DNA of 64,000 bases, from assembly GCA_038087875.1 (NCBI GenBank), contig CM075995.1, forward strand, positions 8,744,001-8,808,000, written 5' to 3'. The notes under the pieces were generated by a model. That model was not told the origin of the DNA. It worked only from the letters and a program-made list of their open reading frames with translations, and searched no databases. The translations under genes were made by a program, and so were the position numbers. Source of the DNA: Malacoraja senta (taxonomy: Eukaryota). This document shows positions 60,984 through 64,000 of this stretch, piece after piece (position 1 is the first letter of the stretch; each line of letters starts with the position of its first letter).

Positions 60984-61110
60984 ATAAGTAGCTCAGGAGC
61001 TGGTAAAGAACTATCCATTTCAGACACGGAGCTCTCTGAAACGTCCTGGACAGAGAATGGAACCTTTAACCTATCCGGAGGCCACACTCCTCAGACAGAT
61101 GCTTCCGATG
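60984..61110 (+). CDS. RETREG1: RETREG1-like exon 8 (127 nt); final LIR-containing exon not in window
   Basis: Acceptor tcgtttcttgtag, donor G|gtatgg. Encodes [42 protein letters not shown] (human [42 protein letters not shown]). Confidence 0.94.
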
Positions 61111-61656
61111 GTATGGTTCATTTGTGCTACCGTTGACGATAACGGGCAGATTGTTGCACATAAAGTTATTTACAATAAATGAACACTGCTATTAGAGTCA
61201 TAGAGTGATGCAGCGTGGAAACAGGCCCTTCTGCCCAACTCGCCCACTCCGGCCAACAATGTCCCAGCTACTCTAGTCCCACTTGCCTGCACTTGGTCCA
61301 TATCCCTCCAAACCTGTCCTATCCAATTACCTGTCCAACTGTTTCTTAAACAATGGATAGTCCCTGCCTCAACCACCACCCTCTGTGTGAAAAAGTGACC
61401 CCTCGGATTCACCTTGAACCTATGTCCTCTGGTCCTCGATTCCCCTACTCCGGGTAAAAGATTCTGTGCATCTACCCGATCTATTCCTCTCATGATTTTG
61501 TACACCTCTCTAAGATCACCTCCTCATCCTCCTGCGCTCCATGGAATAGAGACTCAGCCTACTCAACCTCTCCCTGTAGCTGAAGGAACCATAAGACATA
61601 GATGTGTTAGAAGGAACTGCAGATGCTGGTTTACACCGAAGATAGACACAAAATTA

Positions 61657-62158
61657 ATAGAAACATGGAAAATAGGTGCAGGAGGAGGCCATTCGGCCCT
61701 TCGAGCCAGCACCGCCATTCATTGTGATCATGGCTGATCGTCCCCAATCAATAACCCGTACCTGCCTTCTCCCCATATCCCTTGACTCCACTAGCCCCTA
61801 GAGCTCTATCTAACTCTCTCTTAAATCCATCCAGTGATTTGGCCTCCACTGCCCTCTGTGGCAGGGAATTCCATAAATTCGCAACTCTCTGTGTGAAAAA
61901 AAAAATTCTCACCTCAGTCTTAAATGACCTCCCCTTTATTCTAAGACTGTGGCCCCTGGTTCTGGACTCGCCCAACATTGGGAACATTTTTCCTGCATCT
62001 GGCTTGTCCAGTCCTTCTATAATTTTATATGTTTCTATAAGATCCCCCCTCATCCTAAACTCCAGTGAATACAAGCCTAGTCTTTTCAATCTTTCCTCAT
62101 ATGACAATCCCGCCATCCCAGGGATCAATCTCGTGAGCCTACGCTGCACTGCCTCAAT
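61657..62158 (-). mobile_element. CR1 LINE 3' fragment
   Basis: ORF 61748..62200 from IEAVQRRLTRLIPG. Confidence 0.9.
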
Positions 62159-62867
62159 CACATTAATGATTGCGGAGAGCAACTTGTACCATATAATCAT
62201 ACCATAAATTGCCTTTGGAGATTTATATTAGGCGGCACGGTGACCCAGCACATAAAGCTCACAGCACCAGAGACCCTGGTTCGATTCTGACCTCGGGTGC
62301 TGTCTGTGTGTGGAATTAGGACATTCTCCCTGTGACTGCGGTGGGTCTGCATTGCTCTAGTATTCTCCCACACAAGACATTGGAGCAAAATTGGATCCTT
62401 CGGCCCATCACGTCTACTCCACATTCAATCACGGCTGATCTAATTTTCCCTCGCAACCCCATTCTCCTGCCGTCTCCCCATAACCCCCGACACCCGCACT
62501 AATCAGGAATACTGTACATTCCAAAGAGGTGTGGGTTTGCAGGTGAATTGGCCTCTATACATCGTCCCTCGTGTGTACGGAGTGGATGAGAAAGTGACAA
62601 AACATAGAACTAGCATCAGCTGAAAATATTTCAATTTGATTGTGTTGAAATTTTATATTTTTCATGCAGACAGCATTTCATGTTTAGAATGCAGAACGCT
62701 CTTTAAAATATATATACACATAATTCTACCAGTGTGTCGCGACCAGTGAGTTACCGGCGCCCTTAGTTCCAGAGCCTTTCTGGAATATCCGGACAAACAG
62801 AGGTCACGGCCTCCGCGAGGAGTCTAACGGCACGAAATCCAAGTCTCTCCATCTTCTGTGGTAGCTG

Positions 62868-63165
62868 GGGGCGGCACAGTGGCGCAGTGTTAGAGTTGCC
62901 GCCTTACAGTGCTCACAGCACCAGAGACCCGGGTTTGATCCTGCCAACGGGCGCTGTCTGTACGGAGTTTGCACGTTCTCCCCGTGACCTGCGTGGGTTT
63001 TCTCCGAGAACTTTGGTTTCCTCCAACACATACAGGATTGTAGGTTAATTAGCTTGGTATAAATGTAAAAATCGTGCCGAGTAGGATAGTGTGAATGTGC
63101 TTGTCGGCGCAGACTCGATGGGCCGAAGGTCCTGTTTCTGCGCTGTATCTCGAAACTAAACTAAA
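62868..63165 (+). mobile_element. HE1/V-SINE-type SINE
   Basis: tRNA-like head, conserved body and (AAACT)n tail. Confidence 0.78.
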
Positions 63166-63257
63166 ACAAAAAATGAAGTTAATACCCCCTAATCCATGCA
63201 GCATTCTGCTAAACCTCCATTGCTCTTTTTCCCAAGCCTCCACATCATTAACTAATG

Positions 63258-63982
63258 ATGCAATATGGGGAGAAAAGATGAGGCTCGAAGGTAAGCTAGC
63301 CAAGAATATAAAGGAGGATGGTAAAAGCTTCTTTAGGTATGTGAAGAGGAAACAATTAGTGAAGACCAAAAGTTGGACTGAAAAAGGTGAATTTATTATG
63401 GGGAACAAGAAAATGGCAGATGTTGAACAGGTACTTTGGATCCGTCTTCATTAAGGAGGACACAAACAATCTTCCTGATATACTAGTGGCCAGAGGATCT
63501 GGGGTGATGGAGGAACTGAAGGAAATCCACATTAGGCAGGAAATGGTGTTGGATAGACTGATGGGACGGAAGGCTGATAAATCCCCAGGGCCTGATGGTC
63601 TGCATCCCAGGGTACTTAAGGAAGTTGCTCTAGAAATCGTGGACACATTGGTGAAAATTTTCCAATGTTTTTATAGATTCAGGATCAGTTCCTGTGGATT
63701 GGAGGGTAGCTAATGTTATCCCACTTTTTGAGAAAGGCGGGAGAGAAAACGGAATTATAGACCAGTTAGCCTGACATCGGTGGTGGGGAAGATGCTGGAG
63801 TCAATTATAAAAGATGAAATAGCCGCACATTTGGATAGCAGTAACAGGATCGGTCCGAGTCAGCATGGATTTACGAAGGGGAATTCATGCGTGACTAATC
63901 TTCTGGAATTTTTTGAAGATGTAACTAGGGAAATGGACAAGGGAGAGCCAGTGGATGTAGTGTACCTGGACTTTCAGAAAGC
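63258..63982 (+). mobile_element. CR1 LINE internal fragment (linker and start of RT), frameshifted
   Basis: KLAKNIKEDGKSFFRYVK..KSPGPDGLHPRVLKEVA..NYRPVSLTSVVGKMLE..SQHGFTKG..VDVVYLDFQKA. Confidence 0.92.
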
Positions 63983-64000
63983 AGTTTTGGTCCCCTAATT

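Noticed and set aside
62600..62865. Final RETREG1 exon (LIR motif DDFELL)
   Set aside because: No matching frame found; the exon probably lies beyond 64000.

Overview
Repeat-saturated vertebrate genomic DNA, most likely from a cartilaginous fish (skate/ray). This is inferred from HE1/V-SINE-type SINEs and the CR1/Penelope family mix, not from a database search. Almost all ORFs in the supplied track are fragments or antisense readings of retroelements (CR1, L2, Rex/Babar, L1, Penelope-like). Two host genes are recognisable from small exons the ORF track largely misses. (1) The 21-nt first coding exon of MYO10 (MDNFFTE, minus strand, 16171-16191). (2) Five consecutive phase-compatible internal exons of a RETREG1/FAM134B-like ER-phagy receptor (plus strand, 45007-61110). 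The genes appear head-to-head across a 200-N assembly gap (44344-44543) that is flanked by a CpG-rich CRE/CCAAT promoter-like segment. RETREG1 exons 1-3 and 9 and MYO10 exon 2 onward were not found. The most notable non-genic signals are: many minimal hammerhead-ribozyme cores at the ends of Penelope-derived elements; a dispersed 66-bp minisatellite that repeats the GAAAC-GUC half of that ribozyme; a hairpin motif shared by four short retroelement families with different LINE tails; a TIR element flanked by a ~155-bp direct duplication, with a Helitron inserted in its right TIR; and a locally triplicated TAATC-rich module. TE boundaries are approximate; protein and family assignments are from recall.
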